This document shows, one piece after another, positions 50,500-59,827 of a stretch of DNA of 64,000 bases (positions within the stretch are counted from its first letter, which is position 1; the number at the start of each line of letters is the position of its first letter). This DNA is from Syntrophales bacterium (GTDB lineage Bacteria; Desulfobacterota; Syntrophia; Syntrophales; PHBD01). The notes below the pieces were generated by a model. The model did not search any database, was not told where the DNA came from, and was given only the letters and a program-made list of their open reading frames with translations. The DNA lies in assembly GCA_963668175.1 (NCBI GenBank), contig OY764159.1:2176001-2240000 (forward strand), given 5' to 3'. The position numbers and the translations under genes are program-made.

Positions 50500-50956
50500 G
50501 GCCACGCTTGAATTGGGAGGTTGGGCTGCCTACCGTGGCGTTCCGGGTCCTTTGGATTGGCCGCCTCAGAATCAAAGCCCTCTTTACCAACTGGCCCAAC
50601 ATGGTCTGCTCGCATCGGGAGAATCTCTTGACTTTATATGGTACAGCACAACTATAAGTATGAATGTATCGATGTATGCGGGGATGCTTTTTGAAGGAGG
50701 TTTTGGCTTTTTACCATACGGCTCCGGATGGAAGTGGACATTAGGGGGATTCGTTCCCGAACTTCTTGCCGCAAGTGAATGGGTTAACGGGCCTGTCGGA
50801 GAATTAACATGGAATGTGAAGACGATAAACCTGGATAGCGTGGGACAATATTTGAATATCACGCCGTTCGAGCCGGTCCCCGAGCCCGCCACGATGCTGC
50901 TTCTGGGCCTTGGCCTCGGCGGTGTTGCGGTCGCCAGGAAGAATTTCCGGAAATAA
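50330..50956 (+). CDS. PEP-CTERM surface protein (paralog 2)
   Basis: N-terminus nearly identical to paralog 1; VPEPATMLLLGLGLGGVAVARKNFRK. Confidence 0.92.
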   Translation: MRRTLRIAILLAALFVVMMDANVYAAPIFEYELWMQSKTSLDQGHVEIMGKIVNKGTATLELGGWAAYRGVPGPLDWPPQNQSPLYQLAQHGLLASGESLDFIWYSTTISMNVSMYAGMLFEGGFGFLPYGSGWKWTLGGFVPELLAASEWVNGPVGELTWNVKTINLDSVGQYLNITPFEPVPEPATMLLLGLGLGGVAVARKNFRK

Positions 50957-50979
50957 TATTCATTCAACTGATATAATTG

Positions 50980-51012
50980 AAAAGGCAGGGCGCTTCGGAC
51001 CCTGCCTTTTTT
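50980..51012. terminator. Bidirectional rho-independent terminator
   Basis: AAAAGGCAGGG-CGCTTCGGA-CCCTGCCTTTTTT between convergent genes. Confidence 0.85.
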
Positions 51013-51028
51013 GTTTTTATCCTCCGAA

Positions 51029-52330
51029 TCAATGTATACTTCGTTTTCGGCAGTATCCGTGCGATGCGGGTTGACGGCCCGTTATCTCCTCAATCTGTTC
51101 CAGGCCGTGATAGGCGAATGTGTACCCGGAGCCGATGTCCTTGCAGGCAACGACGATGCAGATGCCCTCTCGTCCCTCTTCCTCGCTGACGGCTGCATAA
51201 CGACGTTTCTCTTCCTCTGAAAAGAACAACTCGGGCTCCTCGTTTTCGATGAAGAAACGCACCCACACGTTGATCTCTTTTTCCCGGTATTCGGCAAGAA
51301 AGGCGGGCATGTCGGTCTGCTCGCCGTAATCGGCGTATCTTGTGATCTTCATCCTGTTATGGATCAGTGTGAGACCCACCGCTTGCACGCCTGAAGGTAA
51401 ATCGGAGAGATACTCTTCGGCCGCGATTACTTTCGGGATGGTATCGTAAGCAGGCGCTCCGCGTCCCAGCGCCGCCCAGGATTCGGGATCGTCCACCTCT
51501 TTGACGGCGTATCCCTGCATCCAGAGCGTACCGCGGATCGTATCCCCGGTCTGCGGCCTGTAGCCTTTCAGGACATGTTCCGAAGCGTAAAGGTTGATCC
51601 TGAAATTCCGGTTGTCGCCCATCTTCATTTCGACGGGCATGCGGCAGATTTCGATGCCGTCGAAGCGGAAATAGTCGACGTCTTCCACCACGGTTTGAAA
51701 TTGCGCATCCTCGGGAAAGTCGTCATCCATGAATATAAGTGTGCCCAATTGGCTTACGTCTATTTTTACGGAGCCTATGGCGCCGACATCCGCATCGGGG
51801 TTCTCTTTCAGGGCCCTTTCGCGCTCGATCGCCAGGATGGGACCCCTGCTGACGGTTATTTCCGTTTCGACTAGTTTCTCCAGGCCGTATGCGATGGCGG
51901 CCAGGGAGAATTCGTATTTCCCGCCGGTCCTCAGGATGAATCGATTCCTGAAATAGAGGGGCTCGAAAAAGGAGAGCACGCCCCCGGCGCGGCTGACGCC
52001 CGTCACGGTCGTCTCGCAGACTTGCGGCAGGGTTTTGAGGTCCGTAATTTCCATGACATTCGGGACGCCGTCCCTGAGGAACGGATAGGCCGTCATAAGC
52101 ACATTCTTGTTCTTTTCCGGGAATTTCTCCACGACGGCGAGACAGCCGACGGGGGCGTCGCCGTACTCGATGCCCAGAAAAGTGTTCTCCGCGGGATGTG
52201 CGTCCTGGTATTGCTTCTGCTCGTCGGTGACGGGTGAGAGCGCCCCCTCGACAAGGATCGTCGTGAGCATATTGACGAGGGGTTTCTCGATGCTCCCCAA
52301 CAGCGCCGTCCAATGGTCCCCGTGGCCCAT
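51029..52330 (-). CDS. Hypothetical protein (433 aa, acidic)
   Basis: Long ORF with RBS GGAGG; no motif recognised. Confidence 0.75.
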   Translation of the reverse strand: MGHGDHWTALLGSIEKPLVNMLTTILVEGALSPVTDEQKQYQDAHPAENTFLGIEYGDAPVGCLAVVEKFPEKNKNVLMTAYPFLRDGVPNVMEITDLKTLPQVCETTVTGVSRAGGVLSFFEPLYFRNRFILRTGGKYEFSLAAIAYGLEKLVETEITVSRGPILAIERERALKENPDADVGAIGSVKIDVSQLGTLIFMDDDFPEDAQFQTVVEDVDYFRFDGIEICRMPVEMKMGDNRNFRINLYASEHVLKGYRPQTGDTIRGTLWMQGYAVKEVDDPESWAALGRGAPAYDTIPKVIAAEEYLSDLPSGVQAVGLTLIHNRMKITRYADYGEQTDMPAFLAEYREKEINVWVRFFIENEEPELFFSEEEKRRYAAVSEEEGREGICIVVACKDIGSGYTFAYHGLEQIEEITGRQPASHGYCRKRSIH

Positions 52331-52445
52331 GTCATTATCCTCCGCGTTGTCAAGCGTACTCGCGCATGCGGCGTTCCGAAGGGAATCGTATGAATCGCAC
52401 AGGGCGCGTATTCCCGGGGCATGTGCCGCTTTTTACCTGATATAC

Positions 52446-54437
52446 CTACGGCGACCGGACGAGGCGGAAGCCCAACCAACTGAGCCTCAACGTCGAGGGG
52501 CCGCAATTGCGGCTCTCGACCTCTCGTTTTACCATCCAATCGTTATAGGCGCCGCCGCGATAGACCCGGCATTTCCCATCGGACGGTCCAAAGGGATCGG
52601 TAACGCTGCCGGACGGATAGTCGCCATACCAGTCCTGGACCCATTCCCAAACGTTTCCCGACATGTCGTACAGCCCCAGGCCGTTTGGCGACTTCAAGCC
52701 TACCGGGTGTGTTTGGTTGCCAGAATTGTCATTGTTCCAGGCATAGTTGTCGAGCTTTGACGCATCGCTGGTTCCGGCGTATGCCTCCCGCTTTCCGCCG
52801 CTCCGGGCGGCGTATTCCCATTCCGCTTCCGTCGGCAGCCGGTACAGGGTTGTACCCTCACTCATGTTCAGCCTGCGGATGAATTCCTGGACATCGTCCC
52901 AACTTACCTGCTCCACCGGGCAGTCGTCGCCGCAATCTTTGAAGTATGACGGATTGTTTCCCATCACCCGTTTCCACTGGGCCTGCGTCACTTCGGTGGT
53001 CTGCATGTAGAAGGGGCGGCTTATCGTCACTTGATGGGGCTTCTCATCGCTTCCTTTTCCCCCCATGGTGAATGTCCCGGCGGGAACGAAGACGAAGGCC
53101 GCCCCTAGGGTGCGGCTGGCGAAAAGTTCATCGATGGTCTGTTTTGGGGGACTGGCCGCTTTCGGCGCAGTGCCGCCGGCGGAGCGCACCGGCAGCACGC
53201 GGGAATTGGAGGCGTTCGACTGCAAGGCCGTGTTCACGCTTCCGTATTCAAAATCGAAGAAGTTGGCAGAAGGCCAGATATTTTCTGCCGCCCAGGCGCA
53301 ACAATTGGTCAGGTGGATCGAGGCGGTAAGGCGGTAATAGTTTATGCCCTCTATCTCTCGATCGAAAAGCGTATTTAATTCGTTCTGTGTCGGCATCCGC
53401 CAGTCCGTATAGCCGCCGCCGCGATACTCTTTACAATATGATTTTGCGTCGGACCAATTGATGTTCGACCCGTTGTCCCTTGCCGCCCACATGAGGCCGG
53501 TTCTCGTATCCGTCACGGTGCCGTTGCCGTTGTCGATAAACCTACCGTCGTTTTTAATCTCCTTCTGCGGCTTTTCTGTTTGAACGGCCGATTTCGGTGC
53601 CTTGTCGTCGCGGACTGCGGCAGACGGCGTCGCGGGGAGCAGCGCAGGCGCGGCAGCAGCCGTTTTTTCGCCCGTCGCGCCGGGGACGAAATAGAAGTCC
53701 CCCTTGAGGGAGGAGAGTTCCCACGGCACCTGTTTGCCCCTCGTCTGTGCGTCCAGCTTGACGCGGACGTGCTTGAAGACCTGCTCGATGCCCACGCCCG
53801 GCTGCTGCATGTTTTCCAGGAGGGCCGCCGTATAGGGGCTGTTCCTCCCCTTGCCGTCCTGAGCCACGCTGCCGGGGCTCGTGGAGTAGGAGATGTACGT
53901 GCCCGTCGGGGCGGAGCTGACGACGGCGAGGCCCCTGGTCGTGCTCCTGTAGTTGCGGGAGAAGGGATTGTCGCGGCAGGCGTCGAGGATGACGATGTTG
54001 AGGCCGTTCTTGGCGTTTCCCATCTCGTCGAGGACGCGGTTCGCATCGACGGCCCTGTACTTGAGGTCCGTCTCCTTGTTGATCCGGGCATCGACGGGGA
54101 TGAGGTAGTTCGCACCCTTGACCCGCACGCCGTGGCCCGCATAGAAGAAGAGGCCGACGCCGCCCTGTTTCAGCTTCTTGCCGAAGGCCTCGATGGCCTC
54201 GTCCATCTCTTGGAGCTTGGCGTTTTTGAGGAGCGTGACCTTGAAGCCGAGCTTCGTAAGCTGCGCCGCCATGTCCGCCGCGTCGTTGGCGGGATTTTTA
54301 AGCGCGCCGGTGGAGTAGGCGGCGTTGCCGACGACGAGGGCCGTGCGGTTTTCCGTTGCAGCGGAAACGCGGGGCGGAAACAAAAACAGGAAAAGCAGAA
54401 AAGCAACCGAAACGATCCTGATCAAGGCAGACTTCAT
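52446..54437 (-). CDS. Secreted caspase-family (C14) peptidase fused to DUF1566/Lcl and FGE-sulfatase (SUMF1-like) domains
   Basis: ALVVGNAAY, YAGHG, LDACR; TVTDTRTGLMW...DWRMPT; RLPTEAEWEYAAR, DMSGNVWEW, GFRL. Confidence 0.9.
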   Translation of the reverse strand: MKSALIRIVSVAFLLFLFLFPPRVSAATENRTALVVGNAAYSTGALKNPANDAADMAAQLTKLGFKVTLLKNAKLQEMDEAIEAFGKKLKQGGVGLFFYAGHGVRVKGANYLIPVDARINKETDLKYRAVDANRVLDEMGNAKNGLNIVILDACRDNPFSRNYRSTTRGLAVVSSAPTGTYISYSTSPGSVAQDGKGRNSPYTAALLENMQQPGVGIEQVFKHVRVKLDAQTRGKQVPWELSSLKGDFYFVPGATGEKTAAAAPALLPATPSAAVRDDKAPKSAVQTEKPQKEIKNDGRFIDNGNGTVTDTRTGLMWAARDNGSNINWSDAKSYCKEYRGGGYTDWRMPTQNELNTLFDREIEGINYYRLTASIHLTNCCAWAAENIWPSANFFDFEYGSVNTALQSNASNSRVLPVRSAGGTAPKAASPPKQTIDELFASRTLGAAFVFVPAGTFTMGGKGSDEKPHQVTISRPFYMQTTEVTQAQWKRVMGNNPSYFKDCGDDCPVEQVSWDDVQEFIRRLNMSEGTTLYRLPTEAEWEYAARSGGKREAYAGTSDASKLDNYAWNNDNSGNQTHPVGLKSPNGLGLYDMSGNVWEWVQDWYGDYPSGSVTDPFGPSDGKCRVYRGGAYNDWMVKREVESRNCGPSTLRLSWLGFRLVRSP

Positions 54438-54640
54438 CGATGCATTCCCCCCTCTTATTCGATGAATCGATTATATTCCCTTCATACACCAATCGTCCGG
54501 AAAAAGGAAAAGGAATGTGTATACACTCGTCGCCGGCCCGCCGCCTCCCGCCGAGGGAAACCGAACGCGTCCCGTCCCCGAAATAACCGTTTTGCCGCGA
54601 AGCGGGCGACTAACCCGAAGCGCCGCCGCCCGCCGTGCGG

Positions 54641-55030
54641 CTATTCGAAGGCGTTCGAGAAGGCGAGCCACAGCGGAACGAAGTAAACGCCGTTTTTGAA
54701 GTTGAGGAGATCGAACGTCCAGCCGCCGTAAACGATGCACCGTTCCGCCGCGCTCTGGCGGGCCTGCGCGTTGTCGTCCACATAGACGGGATAGGTGCGG
54801 CACGTTACGATCTCGCGCTTCCAGATCGAATCGTAGGTGGTCACGCACTCCTCTTCGTCGCCGACATACCTCGACTTCTTGGGATAGGCGTCGGCCGCGT
54901 CGTTCCAGCACTGGTTGTAATCCGCCTGGAAATTCCTGTCCGGGTGGCGCTCGTTGATCCACGTGCCGCAGCCGGTTAGGCCGAGGATGAACACGGCGAC
55001 CGCGCAGATCGTGACGGTGGTCTTTCTCAT
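54641..55030 (-). CDS. Hypothetical Cys-containing lipoprotein
   Basis: LTGC lipobox; RBS GGGGGA. Confidence 0.75.
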   Translation of the reverse strand: MRKTTVTICAVAVFILGLTGCGTWINERHPDRNFQADYNQCWNDAADAYPKKSRYVGDEEECVTTYDSIWKREIVTCRTYPVYVDDNAQARQSAAERCIVYGGWTFDLLNFKNGVYFVPLWLAFSNAFE

Positions 55031-55109
55031 AAAATATCCCCCCTTCTGCCGCTGCGGGCGGCATGAAATATCTTATTGAAAACCGACGATGGAACTGCCC
55101 TTATGTAAA

Positions 55110-55125
55110 AGCATCATCCATGCCA
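55110..55125 (-). promoter_or_regulatory. Possible sigma-54 promoter of the lipoprotein gene
   Basis: TGGCAT-GGATG-ATGCT. Confidence 0.45.
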
Positions 55126-55203
55126 TGCACCGCCAGCATTGCAACATGTTAATATGATTCACGATACGAGAAGTGCCTGACGGTATGGGCGCCCCTTGGG
55201 TGG

Positions 55204-55251
55204 GCATGCAATGGATACTATGTATCCATTACATGCATAATATGTATCCAT
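55204..55251. promoter_or_regulatory. Long inverted repeat plus extra half-site in a divergent promoter region
   Basis: GCATGCAATGGATAC-TAT-GTATCCATTACATGC (14/15); TATGTATCCAT repeated at 55219 and 55241. Confidence 0.55.
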
Positions 55252-55421
55252 ATGGGCAATAAGTATGCACAGAAAGCAAAGTTCGATGTATTGCGGCAGC
55301 TTGCCGGTATTCAATATATAGAAATGAGTATAAAAAATGGTTAAAAATAATAAAATATACATATTCCATCTTGACAACGTACATAATGTATGGCAAGGGT
55401 GTCGCCATAGACGGAACGCTC

Positions 55422-56936
55422 ATGGCCCCTATTGTCAACATCATATCAAAAACGTCGAAAACATTGTGGATATTCTACTGCGGTCTGGCGCTGTCGACCA
55501 TCGCCGCAGCGCTGAAATATCCCGGCCAGGTATATTCCTATATTCTGTTTTCCATCGTTTTTAACGCCCTGCTCTTCATGGGGTTCAGGAAGAATAAGAT
55601 CTTTTTCGACACCTTTATCGGGATTCTCTTCTGGCTTGGGTTCTGGCTGAAATATACGTTCGTGCTCCTGTTTTGCGGTTATATCTTTGTCGAGCCGATC
55701 GGCGACTTCGATTATTCGGGGATTTCGTCCGATTACGCCCTTCTGGTCTGCACCGTGGGGGGCGTTGCCTTGATGATGGCCAGTTGCGTGAGGGAAAGAT
55801 ACCTGCTGCCGCGCGAATTGCACGATCAAACCGCAAAAGACAATTATATCGCCTTGCTGTATCGCGACTACCGAAAGCTTGTTCTTGCGTCGTTCGTTCT
55901 GCTCTTCATCTTCATTGCCGCGTCAAACGTATGGTTCGGCATCTATCAAAGGGGCCTCTCTTCGAGAACGGTGCTGCTTCCGGGCCTTAAGGGCGTCTAT
56001 ACGTGGCTGTTGCTGTTCGGTATGGCTTCCTTTTCCTCCGTGATTATCGATTCCGAGTTGCGATACAAAAGCAATATTTATCTGGCGGCGACCATAGGCT
56101 TGCTGGAGAGCTTTTTTTCCAGCGTGTCCATGCTGAGCAGGGCCATGATTGTCAATGCCGGCTTTTTGATGTTCGGGGCGAATGAAGTGGGAAAAAATAA
56201 AGCGGGATCCATGAACGGCAGGTTTAAAATCGCGATGCTTGCGATATTCATCGCACTGTTTGTCAGCTCCGTTTTCATGGTGAACGTCGTCAGGGGAATT
56301 TCATACAGCACGGAAGATAGTACGCAAGATAGTACGCAAGAATCTTTGAACGCGTCCTATTTAAGCAACGCAAAGAATGCGGCGTATCTGATAAATGTCG
56401 CGTACAAAGCAACGTATCGGTTATGCCTGAATCGCTGGGTGGGCATTGAAGGGGTTCTGGCGATATCGAGCCATGGAAATCTGGGACCGGATCTGTGGGC
56501 GGAAGTATGGCGGGAGAAATATTCGGATTATGGGACAAGTTATTTCGATAGGGAAATTGCCAAAGCGCCATATCGAGGAATGAATTCAGTCAGGCATCAT
56601 TTCATAACCATGCCCGGTATATTGGGTTTCTTCTATTATAAAGGATCGTTGCCGTTCCTGTTTGCCATGATGTTTGCCGCAGGCATGCTCGGCGCCCTTA
56701 TAGAAATAGGCGTTTATAAAACCGCCGGATCGAACCTGATATTATGCTCGGTGATCGCGGGGACGGTGGCGTACCGTTATGCCCATTTCGGCTATGCCCC
56801 GGGGCAGAGCTACCTGCTGTTCGGCTCGATTTTCGCCAATATCTTTATCATTTTCCTGCTTAATAAAATATGCAAATCCGTAGTGACCAGGAACGGGCGC
56901 ATCAAGGTTTCCGCCGCATCGATATCCGCCGCCTGA
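55422..56936 (+). CDS. Polytopic membrane protein, possibly a Wzy-like polysaccharide polymerase; start uncertain (55371-55422)
   Basis: About 11-12 hydrophobic segments, SR motif after a TM, large loop near the C-terminus, lower GC. Confidence 0.55.
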   Translation: MAPIVNIISKTSKTLWIFYCGLALSTIAAALKYPGQVYSYILFSIVFNALLFMGFRKNKIFFDTFIGILFWLGFWLKYTFVLLFCGYIFVEPIGDFDYSGISSDYALLVCTVGGVALMMASCVRERYLLPRELHDQTAKDNYIALLYRDYRKLVLASFVLLFIFIAASNVWFGIYQRGLSSRTVLLPGLKGVYTWLLLFGMASFSSVIIDSELRYKSNIYLAATIGLLESFFSSVSMLSRAMIVNAGFLMFGANEVGKNKAGSMNGRFKIAMLAIFIALFVSSVFMVNVVRGISYSTEDSTQDSTQESLNASYLSNAKNAAYLINVAYKATYRLCLNRWVGIEGVLAISSHGNLGPDLWAEVWREKYSDYGTSYFDREIAKAPYRGMNSVRHHFITMPGILGFFYYKGSLPFLFAMMFAAGMLGALIEIGVYKTAGSNLILCSVIAGTVAYRYAHFGYAPGQSYLLFGSIFANIFIIFLLNKICKSVVTRNGRIKVSAASISAA

Positions 56937-57072
56937 ACCGGTCCGCTGCCGTTAGCGGCGTCTCCTCCTGTTCCGGCCGCCGGGCGGGCCGCTGCGATCC
57001 CGGCGATATCGGTGCCTCCTTCGTTCATCCCCGGTCATGACCCGTTTCCCCATCCAAAAAGGTGCGATTTGA

Positions 57073-57097
57073 CGGTTGACGGACGCGCCGTCAACCG
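57073..57097. promoter_or_regulatory. Perfect 10-bp inverted repeat overlapping TTGACG -35-like boxes
   Basis: CGGTTGACGG-ACGCG-CCGTCAACCG upstream of the C-N hydrolase gene. Confidence 0.5.
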
Positions 57098-57136
57098 CTA
57101 ATGTGACGGCCGAACGATACCAAGGAGGAACTCGAA

Positions 57137-58189
57137 ATGAACATAACGAACAAGCACGCAGGCGTATCGGTGTTGATCGCGGCGGTTCTTTTGCTTTGCG
57201 CTTATCAGGCGGCGGCCTGCACGAGGGTCGTCTATCGCGGGCCGAACGGGACGACCATGACGGCGAGGTCGATGGACTGGAAATCGGATACGAAGAGCAA
57301 CCTGTGGCTCTTCCCCCGGGGCATGGAGCGCGACGGCGCGACGGGCCCTAAAACCGTGAAATGGGTGTCGAAATACGGCAGCATCGTGACGTCCTTCGGC
57401 GACAACGGCACCACGGACGGCATGAACGAAAAGGGCCTGGCGGCGAATCTCCTGTGGCTCGCCGAGTCGGAATACCCGAAGATCGACCTGACGAAGCCGG
57501 CCATCTCCATCGGCGCGTGGGTGCAGTACGTCCTGGACCATTTCGCTACGGTGAAGGAGGCCGTCGATTTCCTGCGGAAGGGGACCTTCGCCGTTTATTC
57601 GGACAAGATGCCGGGGAGCGACTTGAGCGCGACGCTGCACATGTCCATTTCGGATGCCTCGGGCGACAACGCCATCTTCGAATACATCAAGGGGAAGCTC
57701 GTCATCCACCACGACCCGTCCTACCAGGTCATGACCAATTCGCCGATCTTCGAGAAGCAGCTTGCGCTCGCCGAGTACTGGCGTGAGATCGGCGGGACGA
57801 CGATGCTGCCCGGCACGAACAGGGCGGCCGACAGGTTCGTGCGCGCGTCGTTCTACATCAACGCCATCCCCCGGACCGACGACACCTATACGGCGCTGGC
57901 CGGCGTCATTTCCGTCATTCGCAACTGCTCCGTGCCTTACGGCATCTCCACGCCCTCGCAGCCGAACATCTCCAGCACGCGCTGGCGGACGATCGCGGAC
58001 CAGAAGAACCTGGTCTATTACTTCGACAGCGTGACGACGCCGAACGTCTTCTGGGTCGATCTCACGAAGGTCGATTTCTCGAAAAAGGCGAAGACGAAGA
58101 AGCTGTCGCTCGTCAACAACGAGATCTATGCGGGCGATGCCGGGAAGGCGTTCAAGGAGGCCGCGCCGTTCGTGTTTGCGGGGATCTAG
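57137..58189 (+). CDS. Linear amide C-N hydrolase (choloylglycine hydrolase/penicillin V acylase family), exported
   Basis: Signal peptide then Ntn Cys in CTR...RSMDW; DGMNEKGL; MTNSP; DRFVRA. Confidence 0.92.
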   Translation: MNITNKHAGVSVLIAAVLLLCAYQAAACTRVVYRGPNGTTMTARSMDWKSDTKSNLWLFPRGMERDGATGPKTVKWVSKYGSIVTSFGDNGTTDGMNEKGLAANLLWLAESEYPKIDLTKPAISIGAWVQYVLDHFATVKEAVDFLRKGTFAVYSDKMPGSDLSATLHMSISDASGDNAIFEYIKGKLVIHHDPSYQVMTNSPIFEKQLALAEYWREIGGTTMLPGTNRAADRFVRASFYINAIPRTDDTYTALAGVISVIRNCSVPYGISTPSQPNISSTRWRTIADQKNLVYYFDSVTTPNVFWVDLTKVDFSKKAKTKKLSLVNNEIYAGDAGKAFKEAAPFVFAGI

Positions 58190-58417
58190 GCGGAAGGCGT
58201 CCCGGAGAACCGCGCCGGATCAGGGCCGGACGGCTCCAACACGCGGGCGGCGCGCCCGGCGGCGGGATGCGTGCATTCGTGAATCGGCCGTTGCGTTGGA
58301 CGGCATGCCGGTAGACATGCCTGCGCTGCGCCGGAACGTCCCCTGATTTTCGAGTGGACACGCGGCGCCGAAAAGGATTATAAACGGAAAAAATACATTC
58401 AAGGGGAAATAGAGAAC

Positions 58418-58990
58418 ATGGCTGTATCGTCTTATACTTGCAGTGTCCGTCAGGGGTTTAATTTCGAGAAAGATAAGCAGGAGTACGTCGGTCATATCGT
58501 TTCCTGCAAGGTGGGGAACGATCAGTTCGACGCCGACCTCAACGTGGCCAATCCGGAAGACCCGGCGAAGACGGTCAAGGCGTTCGGCATCGTGTCCTAC
58601 ATCGGTTGGAACGGCGGCTACGCAGACGCGATTCAGTTTTCCTGCCAGGTCTCCAACGCCAACAAGACCAAGATCGCGACCTTGACCCACAAAAGCCTCG
58701 CCAACACGGAGGTGCTCTTCAAGTTCAACATCTACGATTACGATCCGAAGGAGAAGAAGTATTATAAGTGCTTTCACTCCAACGACGCCGAGCTGAAGGG
58801 TCTCGTGTTCAAATCGGGAGGGGAACTCGCGATGCGGATCGACATGGACCAGTCCATGGAGATCGTATCGCCGAAGAACTTTATGTTCACCCTCGGCGTC
58901 ATGCCCCAGGATGTGAACATGGAAATCCACATGGCCGTTTCCGTATCCGACAAGTTCGTCAAGAAATGGGGCGTGGAAGTGGCGAAGTAG
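58418..58990 (+). CDS. Hypothetical beta-rich protein (QGFNF-x-KD...YDYDP...SPKN...WG)
   Basis: 190-aa ORF with strong C/G-ending codon bias; RBS AAGGGG. Confidence 0.8.
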   Translation: MAVSSYTCSVRQGFNFEKDKQEYVGHIVSCKVGNDQFDADLNVANPEDPAKTVKAFGIVSYIGWNGGYADAIQFSCQVSNANKTKIATLTHKSLANTEVLFKFNIYDYDPKEKKYYKCFHSNDAELKGLVFKSGGELAMRIDMDQSMEIVSPKNFMFTLGVMPQDVNMEIHMAVSVSDKFVKKWGVEVAK

Positions 58991-59158
58991 GGGCGTCCGG
59001 GAAAGATCGGTCCGTAATCATTCGGGGAAGAAATAAACGAAGAGAATAATCAGTCGCGCCGCGACGGTTGCCGCATTTTGCCGCGCAGTTCCGGAAAGCC
59101 GGAACCGCGGGAATGCCGGAAGGGTGCGGTATGCGAAGGAAAAAATGACCATTATAGG

Positions 59159-59749
59159 ATGATTATCCCGTTGAACAGCGAATTCGAGAAAATAAAATCC
59201 ATTTTGTCCAAACTGCGATCTGAATATATGTCAGGCTGTAAAAAGGCCGATATTGACCCCAATATCCCAATTACAGAACGGGATATCGTGGCCGAGATTT
59301 ACGGAAGGCTGAGAAAGGAATTTCTCAAACACAATAATTTGGCTGTGCATTGTGAGGTAAAACCGGCTCCGAATGTCAATGCATCGACTGATGTCTTGAA
59401 AGGTCTGCCGAGAATAGATGTAGCTATTCTATCCGATAAAGGTAACCGCACTTGGATTTCAGAGGCCGAAATCCTTCAAGCAAAATATAAGAAAGGTGAT
59501 ATTGAGGCAAGGTTCTCATCAATTCCCTATGAATTCTTCCACACCGCAATAGAAGTGAAGATTCAGAGTAATGTGAAGGATGCAAAGAGGGATATTGATA
59601 TTCTGAAACAGCTTTACGTCTCTTCAAAAAGTGCATGCAATTGTTTCTTTGTCTTGCTGAACGCAAGGGGTTCAAGAAGAGATCATGATGCTATTAAGGA
59701 ATATGGTGATGGGGAAAATATCTGCGTTATCGAGTATACTCGGGGATAA
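59159..59749 (+). CDS. AT-rich hypothetical protein with PD-(D/E)xK nuclease-like motif
   Basis: TERD...CEV...RIDVAIL...AIEVK...DI pattern. Confidence 0.55.
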   Translation: MIIPLNSEFEKIKSILSKLRSEYMSGCKKADIDPNIPITERDIVAEIYGRLRKEFLKHNNLAVHCEVKPAPNVNASTDVLKGLPRIDVAILSDKGNRTWISEAEILQAKYKKGDIEARFSSIPYEFFHTAIEVKIQSNVKDAKRDIDILKQLYVSSKSACNCFFVLLNARGSRRDHDAIKEYGDGENICVIEYTRG

Positions 59750-59827
59750 TCTGCACCATAAATCCGGGACTACCACCCCCTGGCCGGTGAACCGCGTTCC
59801 GGGATTTTGCCCTGGCCTGCAATCCAG

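Noticed and set aside
52446..52600. Active DGR variable region
   Set aside because: No template repeat, RT or downstream hairpin in the window; codons do not fit adenine-only mutagenesis
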